Part shown: in pieces, positions 23,669-36,018 of the stretch
Position numbering within the stretch: position 1 is the first letter of the stretch
Layout of the letters: each line of letters begins with the position of its first letter
NCBI GenBank assembly: GCA_010015805.1
Contig: ML978124.1
Location: 2,294,001 to 2,358,000 of the forward strand
DNA from: Rhizodiscina lignyota
Lineage: Eukaryota
DNA: 64,000 nucleotides
Reading direction: 5' to 3'
Program-made: the position numbers and the translations under genes
The notes under the pieces: model-generated
Databases searched by the model: none
What the model saw: only the letters and a program-made list of their open reading frames with translations
What the model was told of the DNA's origin: nothing

Positions 23669-24258
23669 ATGCCTCGAGACTCGAAGTCGACCAAGCCTGC
23701 CGCTGGCAAGACGAAGCGCAGCGCCGTTCACGACGTTGTCGCCCGCGAGTACACGATCCACCTGCACAAGCGAGTACGTCTCATGAATATAATACCATAA
23801 ATCAGTTTTATGAAGTCCAAATATGGTCTCAAATGGCATTGGGCGGAAGACTGATCTGTTTGCGGAAAATTAGGTCCATGGCGTAAGCTTCAAGAAGCGG
23901 GCGCCGCGCGCGATCAAGGAGATCAAGGCGTTTGCTACAAAGTCGATGGTATGCTATGCTCTTCTTCTATCTCATTTCTGAAGTTAGATTGTAGACATGT
24001 TCAAGGCATCTAGTAAATATGAGGCTAACGTACCGTATTTACCAGGGCACCAAGGACGTCCGTCTCGACCCACAGCTTAACAAGAAAGTCTGGGAATCCG
24101 GCATCAAGGGCGTCCCGTTCAGACTACGTGTCCGCATCAGCCGCAAGCGCAATGACGAGGATGGCGCGAAGGAGAAGCTGTACAGCTATGTGCAGGCTGT
24201 GAACGTCAAGGACCCCAAGGGTCTGCACACAACAGTCATTGAGGACGAGGACAAATAG
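23669..24258 (+). CDS. RPL31: 60S ribosomal protein L31 (eL31)
   Basis: [32 protein letters not shown]...GTKDVRLDP...[17 protein letters not shown] introns 23774..23873 and 23949..24045; 5'-UTR intron 23607..23666. Confidence 0.98.
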
Positions 24259-24438
24259 ATTGGTAGGCCGGCAGAGGGGATCTCAGTTCTTTGTTGCGCC
24301 AATGAAGGCCGTTATGAGCAGCGGCATTGATGCAAAAGGGGTGTACTCGGTTTATGCATTTGCAGCGAAACATCTGGCTCTCCGGAGTATAGCATGGAAT
24401 GAAAGCACTTCGTCCTACACGTATCAAAAGAGTTTACT

Positions 24439-26748
24439 CTATTTCTGTGATCCGTTGTCCTGCCCATCCTTCGTTTTATTTTGCAGACCGTCAACTCCCT
24501 GACCCCAAACGCCTGCCTTCTTTCCCCATTTCATCGTGCCCCAGACATGTGTCCAGCTGATCTTAGGAGGCGGCTCTGAATGCGTCCTGAAAGGACTTGT
24601 GCTCAAGGGACTCGCTTTGTGCTCATACAACAGCTTGTCGTTAGCTTCATCCACAGTTCTGCTCTCACCCATGCCTTCTCCAGATGCCTTCGGCTGTGGA
24701 ACACTGTCCTGTTCTATTAAAGAGGCTTCGCCTTGTCCAATAGAAGAAGCATCGCCAGGTGCTTTCTCCCACCGACGGACCTCAAGCGGCACTGGTCGCC
24801 ACCACCCTTCCTCGCTCCGTGCCCACCATTTTGCGCCACACATCTCCCAAAGCCGCGAAGTCGCACGTTTGTATGCAAATCGCTCGTCTTCACCGGTGAA
24901 GACGCCCGTCTGAGTAAAGTCAGGCCCACGGTGTCCGATTTCAAAGGGCTCATTTGCACCTTCTGGGGTGGGCGAGCTACAATCGGAAGCAATGCCGCGA
25001 CGAACTCGATTTGGTGGGTCGTCCTCGAGCGCATCAGGCGCAAGGATTCCTTGGAGTCGGGCGTGAGTGTAGTCTGGACCGTTGTCGTAGCTCGAGATAT
25101 TTGGTCTGAACGGAGCGGTTGCGTCTTGATAAGCTTCAGAGAATGTTTCTGGATAGGTGGCATCCTGATCGTCGTCTTCTGATACATTCTCTCCGTCTGT
25201 TTGTGCAGCTTGTATTCGTTGCTCTGGGAAGAACAGATCATCAGGGCCGGCGTCGGCGCTTGTGAGCAGCTTGCATTTAGCTTCGTAAAGGGCATCGAGT
25301 AGTGTGATGAACCTTCTTGCTTCATTCCTTTGTAAAGTCGTGAGAACAGGAACATCTGTCAGAATGAGTGTGTGAAAGTTTGACGCCAATGTGATATAGT
25401 CTGCGGAGCCGAGCCGTATTCCACAGAGCTCGTCAAATGTCCATAGCGAAACGCCGTTGTACGCTCTTGGAACAGCAACCTCGCGACCAAATACTCGGAT
25501 GCTGTTAGGCTGCCATGGAATTAAGGATGATAATGGTCTCATCCTGGCTGCTCTTCGCTGAGCTGCGATAAACTCTTCGGCATATATATTGAGAACTTCA
25601 GGTTCGGTTGATGGAGGTTTGACGAAGAACATCTTTGGATGGGTTACTTCAACCGACTGTGCATCCTCAACCTGCTCCACTAGGCCGGATGAGTCTAGTT
25701 CTGATTGAAACGCTGCCGTCTTCGTAGCCTTTGTTGGACTGTACTCCGACACGTCGTGTGATAGAGAAGAGACGGTCTCTGATTCTGCCCTCCTGTAGTC
25801 CTTGGTGCCTTCCATCTCCCAGACATCGCATCGTGCTTTGAGTAGCTCAAGGAAGTCCGCGAACTCTCCTTTGCCCGCATACATTCGCTCGCTCTTACCA
25901 CCAACGAGGCCAAGGCCTAGACTTCGGCCAAGGCTCTCTATCCTGGATGGAGGTGGGGCAAATTCTACTCCGGCTGCCTTTGCTAGCTCGTCTGGCATCC
26001 TATTGCTCGTAGCGATCAAGACACCACCAAGCTGGAAGAAACTTGTCATGAGATTTGTCATGATTTTGGACGATGCCCTATCTGGAAGCTGGAACTCATC
26101 GAGAAATAAAATCGGTGACTTGAGAATCATATCTCTCGCGAGCCAGAGCAGTGGATGCTCATCTGAATCCGGAGCCCGCTCAAGGAATCGCTGTATTCGG
26201 AGCTGTTCCAGTCTAGCGAACGTCTCTAACATGAAGGTATTAAAGTGCCACCTTCGCTTCTTTTGCGTTGGAAGAGAATCTGCAAATAGATCGACGAGCA
26301 TACTTTTGCCTGTGCCGACCTCGCCATGGAGCATTAGGCCTTTAGGGGAGTCGAGCTGCTGAGCTGCTTCCTTGTTGGTCAGTATTCTGGTTAAAGCCAA
26401 GCTATCGCGGCGTTCCTTTTGAGCAAGGAGAGATGTCCATATTCCTCTGGTACCGATAGAATTCCTGGAGACATTTCCCTCGTTCGTGGCGACTACCCGT
26501 GACAATTGCTGAAGACGATGTTGATAATCAATTGTTGGTTCATAATCTTTTAGCCTTTCATACAGTTTTTGTAAATGCAATGCTTCGACCGTTCATATCA
26601 GCTTCTGCACGTATCAAAATCCATGACGTAGCTTACCTAATCGGAGTTGGGCAGGATCTGGCAATATGCTGCCCCTTGCCAGGAGAGCTCTATATAAAAC
26701 AAGCGGATTGGTGATTGTAAGCCCAGAAGATGCGCCATGGCTATGCAT
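24439..26748 (-). CDS. AFG1/ZapE-like ATPase, ~751 aa
   Basis: PKGLMLHGEVGTGKS (Walker A), RWHFNTFM, LFLDEFQ, ATSNR and ARRFITLLDALYE motifs. Intron 26636..26583; start codon somewhat uncertain. Confidence 0.92.
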
Positions 26749-26926
26749 TGGATAATGAAAAGTGTAGAAATTGTAGAAAGAACATGAGATGGAAGGTGAG
26801 AAGAGCCTCGGTCGATCGTGCAGGGGTGCTGGTTTTCCGTGGTCTTGGCATCATCCTCTCATGCTAGCTGTTGTCATGGGAAGTAAAAGGCAATGCTAAA
26901 AGGAAGAAGAGCTGAAGAGAAGTAAA

Positions 26927-27638
26927 TCAGAGTTGTGTGATGCCAGGGCGCCACAACTCGCCGATCCTGTTGACCTCTTGAATGAATTTTTGACTTGTAA
27001 TTTGCGTAGAACCGACACGATTCTGCGCCTTTGCTACTGAAGGCATGTGCTCATCCGGGTCATAAAACGGGTTCCGCAGGAGGTTGACGTATGCTGTTTG
27101 TAGTGCACGGAAGACCTGGGACGGGTTAGATTTTCATGTCCAAACGGCTGTGCCTGACCGGACAATAACGGGCAACCCACCGGTTTGACGTCTGAATCTC
27201 TCAGGCCAACTGCAGCTGGGTTCTTCGAATCATTTACCGTGGCTGGACGTCCTTCCATGTCGACAATGACAACAAATTTGACACCAGTGTTGGTCAGATA
27301 GCCGTACATGGCCAGACGCTCGTCGATGGCTTGCAGAAGGCCGAAGTCCTGGTCGGCCATTTTGTGAGGTAGTCTCTGCTCAAAAATGTCCAGTGATGAC
27401 GAGAGCATAAATGAGAATTCCAAAGATGGCCGTTCGCCGGGCGGAAAGAGCGATATATGAAGTGGGTTGTTCTGACGAGAAAGCATAAGCACGAAACGAA
27501 TTTTGGCAGGACGCTATGATCCAACTCCGAGGAAAAGAACAAGACATTGAAAAGTCAGTTTGGAGAAATATAAAATGCGTGACCCACTTGTTTCCCTATA
27601 ACTCCTATACACGCAATACCAGGCACCAAGCTAGCCAT
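26927..27638 (-). CDS. TRAPPC2L: Sedlin-family TRAPP subunit (TRAPPC2L/Tca17-like), ~176 aa
   Basis: IACIGVIGKQNNPLHI, SSLDIFE, YGYLTNTGVKFV and AYVNLLRNPFY motifs. Introns 27587..27472 and 27180..27116. Confidence 0.88.
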
Positions 27639-28003
27639 ACTTCAAGGCTCCAAGGTGATTGATCCAGGGGGTGTCAGGTTTGAAAAATTCGGTGTAGTTT
27701 TGGCCGTCAAGGAATGCTATTGCTCAAGGAAATTCACCCTTCTTTTATTTCAGCGTCGATCTGGGACAAGAAAATTTGCGATTAATCTAGTCTTGGATTG
27801 TTTGTGAAGAGAGATGGAACAGCCAACCATCGCTCGGTAGATTCAACTTACGCAAAGCTTGGCGCGGCGATCCACCTCCGTTCCTCGACATCACCAATTC
27901 CTACATCCGCCACTCGCCCTTTAGCCTCCCCCACGGCCTCTCCGATTCTCCACTCTCTTTACTTTACTTTGGATGCGACATCTCTAGCTTCGTTGAGCTC
28001 GAG

Positions 28004-28863
28004 ATGTTTTCCAGGACGCGGTCTACGGCCGCAATGGCGCTGCGCGGTGAGCTCCAATCATACCCGGGTAATTCAGCACACAGCTAATAAATTATTTCAA
28101 ACAGCCAAACCATCTACAGCGCTTCTTCCCTTTCGCGCAGGACAATGCGCGATGATCTCCTCCACGGCCTCGAAGCCAGCGGCGCCGCAACAGACACCCG
28201 GCATTGTAGCCGGTAACGACTCCACCATTCCCCCGATGAAGGAGAGGCGAGAAGTGCCATTGCCGAGCCAGGAAGGAAAGAAAGGCGCCATGCAATTTGC
28301 ACTGTATGATATTTACTGCTACGATCGGGTATTAACTGTGAGTGCTGACTCGGCAATCGTAGGACAACGCTCGACCAAGTGGCAAACTGGGCTCGTCAGT
28401 CGTCACTCTGGCCCATGACCTTCGGTCTGGCCTGCTGCGCCGTCGAAATGATGCATCTGTCGACGCCACGATACGACCAAGATCGTCTGGGTATCATTTT
28501 CCGCGCATCCCCTCGTCAATCGGACGTTATGATTGTTGCGGGCACACTCACAAACAAGATGGCACCTGCGCTGAGGCAAGTGTATGATCAAATGCCAGAG
28601 CCGAGATGGGTCATCTCAATGGGTAGCTGTGCAAATGGTGGCGGCTATTACCACTACAGCTACAGTGTCACAAGAGGGTGCGATAGAATTGTGCCGGTTG
28701 ACATCTACGTACCGGGTTGCCCACCGACAAGTGAGGCGCTGATGTACGGAATCTTCCAGCTACAGAAGAAGGTTTGTAATGCAGTGCTGCATAAACGATA
28801 CCGTGCTAATGATGGCTTCAGATGAGACACACGAAGATCTCGAGGATGTGGTATAGGAGATGA
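28004..28863 (+). CDS. NDUFS7: NADH:ubiquinone oxidoreductase 20 kDa (PSST) subunit
   Basis: [35 protein letters not shown] and [10 protein letters not shown] motifs. Introns 28047..28104, 28304..28362 and 28772..28821. Confidence 0.98.
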
Positions 28864-29641
28864 AAAGAAGAATGCCAGCATTGCTCAATTGGAGTTCCGG
28901 GGATTGCTTCTATCATCCTCTGTAGATGGGTGCACACAGTATTCTTTTTTGTACATACTCGATCCCGTGTACAGCAATCGACAATCGTGGCTAAAACTCA
29001 TTATCAGTCTCCATATTCCGATTGCGTTGTGATGTTTCACACCCCCCAGCGTTGACATTAAATATATCTTTTGCTCTCATATTTGAAGTACCGTCAACTT
29101 TAATATTGCCAAAAAGAACTGTTGACAAGCAAATAACAGATAATGTAGATCACAGTTACATCGGAGAAGGTACATTAGCCCTTCGTGAGGGGGTGACAGC
29201 TTCCCATGGAAGGCGAACGAGGAATAGATCGAGCGACGTCGCCTGGATGAACGAAAGGAAGGTTGAGAAGATGCTTCGCCTAGCGTAGGGGAAGATTGGA
29301 GATTCTGTTCACAACTGTAGAGTGTCTCGGATAGACCTCGCAAAATCATTGGAGAAGGCGCAATGCTCGGGCCATTTGATGATTTCTCTAAGTGGCGAGC
29401 TTGCGATGGAATGGCTCCCGCAGATTGCAAGCATTGGTGAGCGCTGGGACAAAAGGATGTGGGATCTCCTCTCGCTTTTTGGTTGACCTTGCACACCATC
29501 TAATTAAATAAATTAATAGCTATTGCTTACGTTTCTCTACGCCGCTCGTCAAGTCCTGCTATGAAGTGTATTTACAAAACTGCCGTACCGAACCAGCCCG
29601 CCCATAACGCCGAATGGAATCATGATGGCCAACGCAGTTGA

Positions 29642-30979
29642 TCAAACGTCAGCTTCATCCACAACGTATCCCCACTCATGCCTCTCCTTCCCGTACATAA
29701 TGCCCTTTAGCCATCCCTTGATCAAAGCAGTGTACTTCCCGGAGCAGACTCCGTCTACCGTCTCGCACGGAATGGACAACTCCTTCCCTCTCCAACTTAC
29801 ACACTCTATAGGCGCAACGAAGAAAGCCGTCCCACATGTGAATGCTTCCAGCAACCTTCCCTCGTTGATGGCTTCTTCAACCTCGCCCATTGTAAACTCT
29901 CTCTCAACCACCTCCAACGGGTCCAATCCACCCTGCTCCCATCCATTCGGCAACCTCTCCCTTGCAAGCTCCAGGACGCTCCTTCTTGTCACACCATCCA
30001 ATATTATCTTCCCATGCAACGGTGCCGTAACAAGCTGTAGCCCGCCCTCCCTCGTCCTCCACACCACGAAGACATTGCTCGCCCCAGCTTCCGTGATGGC
30101 GCATTGCGGCCCGAACAGCCACAGTATCTGGTCAAATCCACGACTCCTCGCCTCTGCCTGTGCGACGAGGCTGGGTCCGTAGTTTGCACCGACTTTTGCG
30201 TACCCGAATCCACCAGGCCAAGCGCGCACCATGTCCTCCTGGCTTGCGAGCAGGCGTATGCCACGGGGATCGCCCGTTACTGGATGCGAGAGGACGTCCA
30301 TGCAGGGGAACATGCTGAGGATGACGAAGAAGAGGGCCTCCTTGGGCTGTTGTACGCCAAGGGCAGGGTCGTTTCCAATCATAGTGGGTCGGACGTACAG
30401 GAATTGGCCTGGCCTCTCTTTCGGGAGCCACTTTGGTCCGTCGACAGCGCAGAGCTTGACAACGAGTTTGAGTAGTTCGGAGGGATCAAAGCCGGGCAGT
30501 GCAATGCGTGTGGAAGAGAGAAGCATGCGTTGAGCGTTAAGGGTGGGTCGGAAGAGCCGTAGTTTTCCGTCATAGCCACGATAGAGTTTCATGCCTTCGA
30601 AGCATTCAGTGGCATAGTGGAGCACGGATGAGGATGGCATGATAGAGAGAGGGCCATAAGGGACAATAGTTGGGGTTTGCCATCCGTGGGTAGAGGTCCA
30701 TTGACAGGTAAGCATATGATCCGTCATGGTCTTTTGCTGAAGGACTGCCGGGTCGTCCGGTGCCGGGACAGAACGAGGTGAGGTAGAATGGGTTATGGTT
30801 GTGAGAGAGGCGTCGATAGAAGTGAGCGTGTGGCCATTGGCACCATTAGTGAAGCCATTGGTGTCTTCAGGGCTCTTGGGACTGTCGAGTTCGCTGATCC
30901 GGACATCCGCTGTCTTCTCGAGGGTATGAATTATGCCATTCGCGGTGAGGTTCGACGTTGTTTCAATGGAGACGGTCAT
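29642..30979 (-). CDS. Branched-chain amino acid aminotransferase (class IV)
   Basis: LHYATECFEGMK, LYVRPT, VRAWPGGFGYAKVGANY, TEAGASN, ILDGVTR and EAFTCGTA motifs; intronless. Confidence 0.96.
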   Translation of the reverse strand: MTVSIETTSNLTANGIIHTLEKTADVRISELDSPKSPEDTNGFTNGANGHTLTSIDASLTTITHSTSPRSVPAPDDPAVLQQKTMTDHMLTCQWTSTHGWQTPTIVPYGPLSIMPSSSVLHYATECFEGMKLYRGYDGKLRLFRPTLNAQRMLLSSTRIALPGFDPSELLKLVVKLCAVDGPKWLPKERPGQFLYVRPTMIGNDPALGVQQPKEALFFVILSMFPCMDVLSHPVTGDPRGIRLLASQEDMVRAWPGGFGYAKVGANYGPSLVAQAEARSRGFDQILWLFGPQCAITEAGASNVFVVWRTREGGLQLVTAPLHGKIILDGVTRRSVLELARERLPNGWEQGGLDPLEVVEREFTMGEVEEAINEGRLLEAFTCGTAFFVAPIECVSWRGKELSIPCETVDGVCSGKYTALIKGWLKGIMYGKERHEWGYVVDEADV

Positions 30980-32002
30980 TGTGAGTCAGACTAGTAGTAT
31001 GATGTGAGAGAAACAATACTGGAGGCTTGAAAAGAGACCGTAAGTAGAGGATAGACTGATCTCACGACACCCTTTCAGAATCTGGGAAAGTAAACAAGTG
31101 TACTGTATCTTGCCGCAGACAGTCCTTGCAGGGCGAAAGAGTGTGGGCACCAAGATCACTTATTTTATACTGTAGAACTCTGGGGCGCGCGTAGTACCAG
31201 ACTATGACTCCTGCAGCCCGCCATGCGGGCCCCCCGCTAAGTCTCAGTCGTAGGGCGTGTGCATTGATAACGCGTAATTGAAGCACCTGATCTGAGCGAA
31301 TTGAGCAGGAAAGGCGGTGGATAGCCCGATATCGCTGGTTGGGTGGTGTAATTCGTCGTTCTGCAACGTAGCGCTGCCGTCGCGAGCCTGAAGTATCCGT
31401 GGCGACGGGCCTGGGCAAATGGTACTTGGACATCGCGCTTCGACCAGTGACGATGCATATTTCCCGTCATCTTGCAATCTCAGATCTCAATTGATGTCAG
31501 TTGATCAAGAATTTCATCAGAGCAATTTTTACAGGATCTGCCGACATGGGTCTTGCCAATTGCAATGGAAGGGAGCTCAACAGACGAGAGCTTCAAGGGT
31601 GGGAGTCGGCGGATCGGAGAATTTTGGTGGTGTGGAGCTGGCCGATTTTAAGCCCATCTAAGCGCTCTTTGCCGAGGGGCAACGGACTTCGTTTCACATC
31701 AAGCTGGCCTTGTGGATATCGATTAAAAGAAAAACTCACATACGCTAGACAAAGTATATAGTGTTGGAGAAGGACGGTAGTAGATCGCCAGAGAAGAGTG
31801 TCGTCTTCATTAAGTTACCGAATGCCGGACCGAACACCTGGAGTGCTTCCCGCGCTATCCAGAAATTGTGGATCTTGCTGAAGTCGTAACTTCATGGTAG
31901 TATCGTCATTGGTCAAGAGTTCATCAGTTCTCAATATCTTCTGCTTACGTCCATGTTTCCACGTCCTGTCCGTGCTTTACTTCTCAAGCTGATCTAGCTA
32001 CA

Positions 32003-33503
32003 ATGAGCTCTACGACAACAGCAACAGTGGAGATCGAACTTGAACCTATTCAGGATCAGGCAGATGCACCAGAAAGGCACAATGGCAAAGATGAACCGAC
32101 CAGCACCGCAGAATCTGAACGGAACAAAGTCGCGGTTAGCACACCGACAGAGCTACCTCCACCGATCACAGCTGTCCACACCGTACAGCGATGGAACTCG
32201 CCTCGGACAAACGTCCCGAGAGTTTTTGCTGCATTCTATGCCTTCATCGTCGTGGGCATGAACGACGCCTCATATGGCCCTCTCATACCTTATTTGGAAC
32301 CGTACTACAACATCTCATACACCATAGTGTCGCTCATATTCCTCTCCCCATTCCTGGGCTACTCGCTCGCAGCTCTCTCCATCAGTACAATACATATGCA
32401 TTTTGGTCAACGCGGCATTGCCGTTGTTGCCCCGCTTTGTCATCTCATTTCATATATTATCATCTCTGTACACCCTCCTTACCCAGTGCTGGTCGTGCTA
32501 TTCATCCTCGTTGGTTTCGGTAATGGCTTAGAAGATGCCGGGTGGTGCGCGTGGATTGGGAACATGGTTAATGCCAACCGCATTCAAGGCTTCCTGCATT
32601 CATTCTACGCAGGCGGAGCGACTATCAGTCCACTCATTGCCACGGCTATGGTGACAAAGGCTGGGCTGCCTTGGTACGCGTTCTATTACATGATGGTGAG
32701 AATCCCACCTTCGCCGCCACCAACGGACGTCACTAAACCTCAGCAGTCGGCAGCATCATTTGTAGAGCTCATCACTTCGAGTTGGGCCTTCTGGCCGCAA
32801 AACGCCACCAAATATCGCGAAGAAAATCAACGTCAGTCCGATGACCAAAGCGGACGCACGCGCAAAGCAGTCAAGAATAGGATTACGTGGCTTTGTGCCG
32901 TCTTCCTGCTCTGCTATGTTGGCGCTGAAGTATCGCTCGGCGGCTGGATTGTCACGTTTATGATTAAGGTGCGCTCGGCATCGCCTTATGCGTCCGGCAT
33001 CTCATCGACCGGGTTTTGGGCGGGCATGACAGTGGGTAGAGCATCCTTGGGCTTTCTTACGGACAAGTTCGGAGAGAGGATCTCCGTGGTTGTATATTTG
33101 GCCTTCGCCCTGGCCCTCGAAATAATCTTCTGGCTCGTGCCGAAATTCGTGGTATCAGCTATCGCCGTCGCATTCTTGGGTTTCTTCTTTGGTAAGCGAA
33201 TAATCTTCGCCGCTTTCGTGCCTCTTTGATAACTAAAGTTCCATCTAACTTCTCCCAGGTCCACTTTTCCCCGCTGGCATCGTTATGGCGACGAAATTAC
33301 TTCCAGTACATCTACATGTTAGCGGCGTAGGCTTTGCGACCGCACTCGGAGGCACCGGTGGCGCACTCTTACCTTTTGCAGTCGGAGCTATTGCCGAGAA
33401 GAAGGGTGTGAAGGTACTGCAGCCCATTGTACTCGCACTCATCATAGTACTGTTCGTGATCTGGCTCAGCTTTCCGCGAGTCAAGAAGCGAGAAGACGAT
33501 TAA
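32003..33503 (+). CDS. MFS transporter (Bsc6/TsgA-like)
   Basis: About 12 hydrophobic segments; GMNDASYGPLIPY, YVGAEVSLGGW and GFWAGMTVGR motifs. Introns 32696..32746 and 33192..33258. Confidence 0.92.
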
Positions 33504-33624
33504 CGAAGACATCTTGTTCAAAGTGGCACATGCCATTCATGGCTTTCATTACAAAATATGTACATCAAAAAGCATACACTTCCCATCGCAATTTTGGTGG
33601 TATCGCTTTTCTCCATCGCATTCC

Positions 33625-36018
33625 TTACGCCTGAGGAATCTCCTGCAGCTCAGAAGGCCACTTGGCCAACGTGACCGCGGTACCCGTCAGCTTGAGGCTT
33701 ACCACGACGGACTGGTCGGTGTTGAGCGCCAGCTTGTAGGTACCTGGGTACAGCACCGAGTTGCCAAGGTCGTCAACGCGCGCCAGAGCGCCGATCGGTA
33801 CGTCAATCTCAAAGGTCGAAGTCTTGCCAGGCTTAATCGTAGCCAGACGGTCGATACCGACGAGCCACTTGTTCGGGTATGGGGCTGGGCCGGCGTTCTT
33901 GGTGCTGGCGAACAGCATGGCGGAGTAGTCAGACGCGGTCTTGCCAGTGTTTTCGACATCAATCGTGACCTTGACGATCGGAGCCTGCTCGATGTACTCG
34001 TAACCGACATGAGCGGCACCGACTGCCTCACCGATGTTGACGGTGAGGGAGTTCTTCTGGCTCTTGTGCGGCCTCTCTTCGAAGGTGGTGTAGAAGATGC
34101 CGTAGCCAAACTCGTACACCGGCTTGCCTGTGTACCACATGTATGTCTGACCTGGGTTGCCGGAGCTCTTGTTGGGGCGGAGACCCATGTCGGTCTGAGG
34201 GAAGTCGCTGACGTAGGACGCCGGGTACTGAGTGCTGACAAGACGGCCAGCTGGGGTGCGCTTGCCAGTGACGACGTCAGCGACAGCTTGGCCACCAGAT
34301 TGACCCGGGTAGCCAGCCCACAGGATCGAGTTGACCTTCTTGTTGTTCTTGATAGAGGTCGAATCGACTTGACCACCACCGAACTGCAGCACAACGAGAG
34401 GCTTGCCAAGCTTGCCAAGCTGCGAGATGAGGTCGAGTTGGTTACCCGGCCACGAAACGTTGAAGCGATCCGCACCTTCAGCCTCGATCTCATTGTTGAT
34501 ACCACCAGCAAAGATGATGGCGTCGGACTTCTTTGCAGCGTTGATAGCCTTGGTGAAGTTCACGGTCGAAAGGGAGTTGATGGTGGTGCCGAGCTCGTAG
34601 TTGATCTTCAGGCCGCTCTTGGAGAATGCCTCGAGAGGGCTGATGAGGTACGGGGCGGGTCCGAAGTAGTTGCCCTGCAAGTCAGTGGTGGCATTGCTCC
34701 AAGGTCCGATGAGTGCAACGCTCTTGATCTTCTTGGAGAGAGGAAGTGTGCCATCATTCTTGAGCAGGGTCATACCCTCAACGGCAGCCTCGTAAGAGAT
34801 GTTCCAAGCATCAGTCTTCAGAACATCGTTCCACGTGAGGTCGCGGTATGGAGCGTCTGGGCCATCGAAGAAGCCAGTCTCAACGAGCTGGGTGTAAAGA
34901 CGTCCAATAGCAGTCTCAATCTCCGTGCGTGCAATGTAACCGCTGGCGATGGACTCATTCAAGTGGTACTGGTAGGTCGTCCCGCAGTCAATATCGGCTC
35001 CGGCACGGATAGCATCGGCGGCGGCGCTCGACTCGTTGTGGGCATACTCGTGAGGGTTGTAGATGTTGTATGCAGCGTCGCAGTCGGTCGAGACATACCC
35101 AAAGTGCTTGTCGAAGCCCCACTCATTGCGGAGGAGAGTCTCCAAGGCAAAAGAGTTGGCACAGCTGGGCACACCGTTGACCGCGTTGTACGAGCACATC
35201 AGACTGCGTGCCTTGGCATAGGAGATGGAAGTCAAAAATTGTGGTGTGTAGTACTCGGCAAGGTCCTGAGGAGCGATCGTGACGTCGAGGCCCAGACGAG
35301 ACTGGTTGTTCCAGTTCTCGAGATCATAGCCGTAGAAATGCTTTGGCGTTGCTGCAATCTTGAGTGTCTTGGGGTTGACGCCTCCCTGCATACCGGTAAT
35401 GTACTCGTACGCGTACAGAGCGCTCAGGAAGCGTGCGTCTTCACCGGGAGTCTCCTGTCCACGACCCCAGATGGGGCTGCGGAATCCGTTGATGTTTGGC
35501 GCATACACATCGAGACCGTATTTCTTCGCGTTGTTGAAGGCACGTGCCTGGGTGGAGATGATCGAGGCAATGAAATTGATCATTGTGCGGTTCATGCCAG
35601 CCATTGAGAGAATTGGCATGGGGAAGGAGGTCGCCCACGCAAAGTCGCCTGATAGCGAGTTGTTGGCGCGATCAAGACCGTGCAGAGCCTCGTTCCACAC
35701 CTGATAGGGTGGCAGTCCCAAACGCGGGACGCCATAGGCAGTGTTGCCCGAGAGGCTGATCAACTCATCGAGAGTGAGAGCAGAGAGAAGTCCTGCTACA
35801 CGAGTGGAGGGATCGAGGGACGTGTCGCAGATAGGGTTGCTCGCAAGAGGTCCGCTCTGGCAGTCTGGGAATCCCAAAGTGATGGTCTCCACAGTCTGGA
35901 AAGTCAGATCTGGCTGAGACTGCGAGGAGTAGTTGTTTTGCCCAACAGGGTTGTTTTGTGCCAGAACAGAGGGCGTGACAGCCCCGAGGACTGCGAGGAG
36001 CGACCCAATGGCAATCAT
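33625..36018 (-). CDS. xlnD: Secreted GH3 exo-1,4-beta-xylosidase (XlnD/Bxl1-like)
   Basis: Signal peptide; WNEALHG, WGRGQETPGED, KHF, MCSYNAVNGVP and YVSTDC (nucleophile) motifs; C-terminal Fn3-like domain; intronless with strong codon bias. Confidence 0.95.
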   Translation of the reverse strand: MIAIGSLLAVLGAVTPSVLAQNNPVGQNNYSSQSQPDLTFQTVETITLGFPDCQSGPLASNPICDTSLDPSTRVAGLLSALTLDELISLSGNTAYGVPRLGLPPYQVWNEALHGLDRANNSLSGDFAWATSFPMPILSMAGMNRTMINFIASIISTQARAFNNAKKYGLDVYAPNINGFRSPIWGRGQETPGEDARFLSALYAYEYITGMQGGVNPKTLKIAATPKHFYGYDLENWNNQSRLGLDVTIAPQDLAEYYTPQFLTSISYAKARSLMCSYNAVNGVPSCANSFALETLLRNEWGFDKHFGYVSTDCDAAYNIYNPHEYAHNESSAAADAIRAGADIDCGTTYQYHLNESIASGYIARTEIETAIGRLYTQLVETGFFDGPDAPYRDLTWNDVLKTDAWNISYEAAVEGMTLLKNDGTLPLSKKIKSVALIGPWSNATTDLQGNYFGPAPYLISPLEAFSKSGLKINYELGTTINSLSTVNFTKAINAAKKSDAIIFAGGINNEIEAEGADRFNVSWPGNQLDLISQLGKLGKPLVVLQFGGGQVDSTSIKNNKKVNSILWAGYPGQSGGQAVADVVTGKRTPAGRLVSTQYPASYVSDFPQTDMGLRPNKSSGNPGQTYMWYTGKPVYEFGYGIFYTTFEERPHKSQKNSLTVNIGEAVGAAHVGYEYIEQAPIVKVTIDVENTGKTASDYSAMLFASTKNAGPAPYPNKWLVGIDRLATIKPGKTSTFEIDVPIGALARVDDLGNSVLYPGTYKLALNTDQSVVVSLKLTGTAVTLAKWPSELQEIPQA

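Noticed and set aside
23774..24045. snoRNAs in RPL31 introns
   Set aside because: No convincing paired C/D or H/ACA boxes by eye.
33514..35607. 697-aa antisense ORF opposite the beta-xylosidase
   Set aside because: Same in-register shadow effect of a strongly codon-biased gene; it also starts at TTG.
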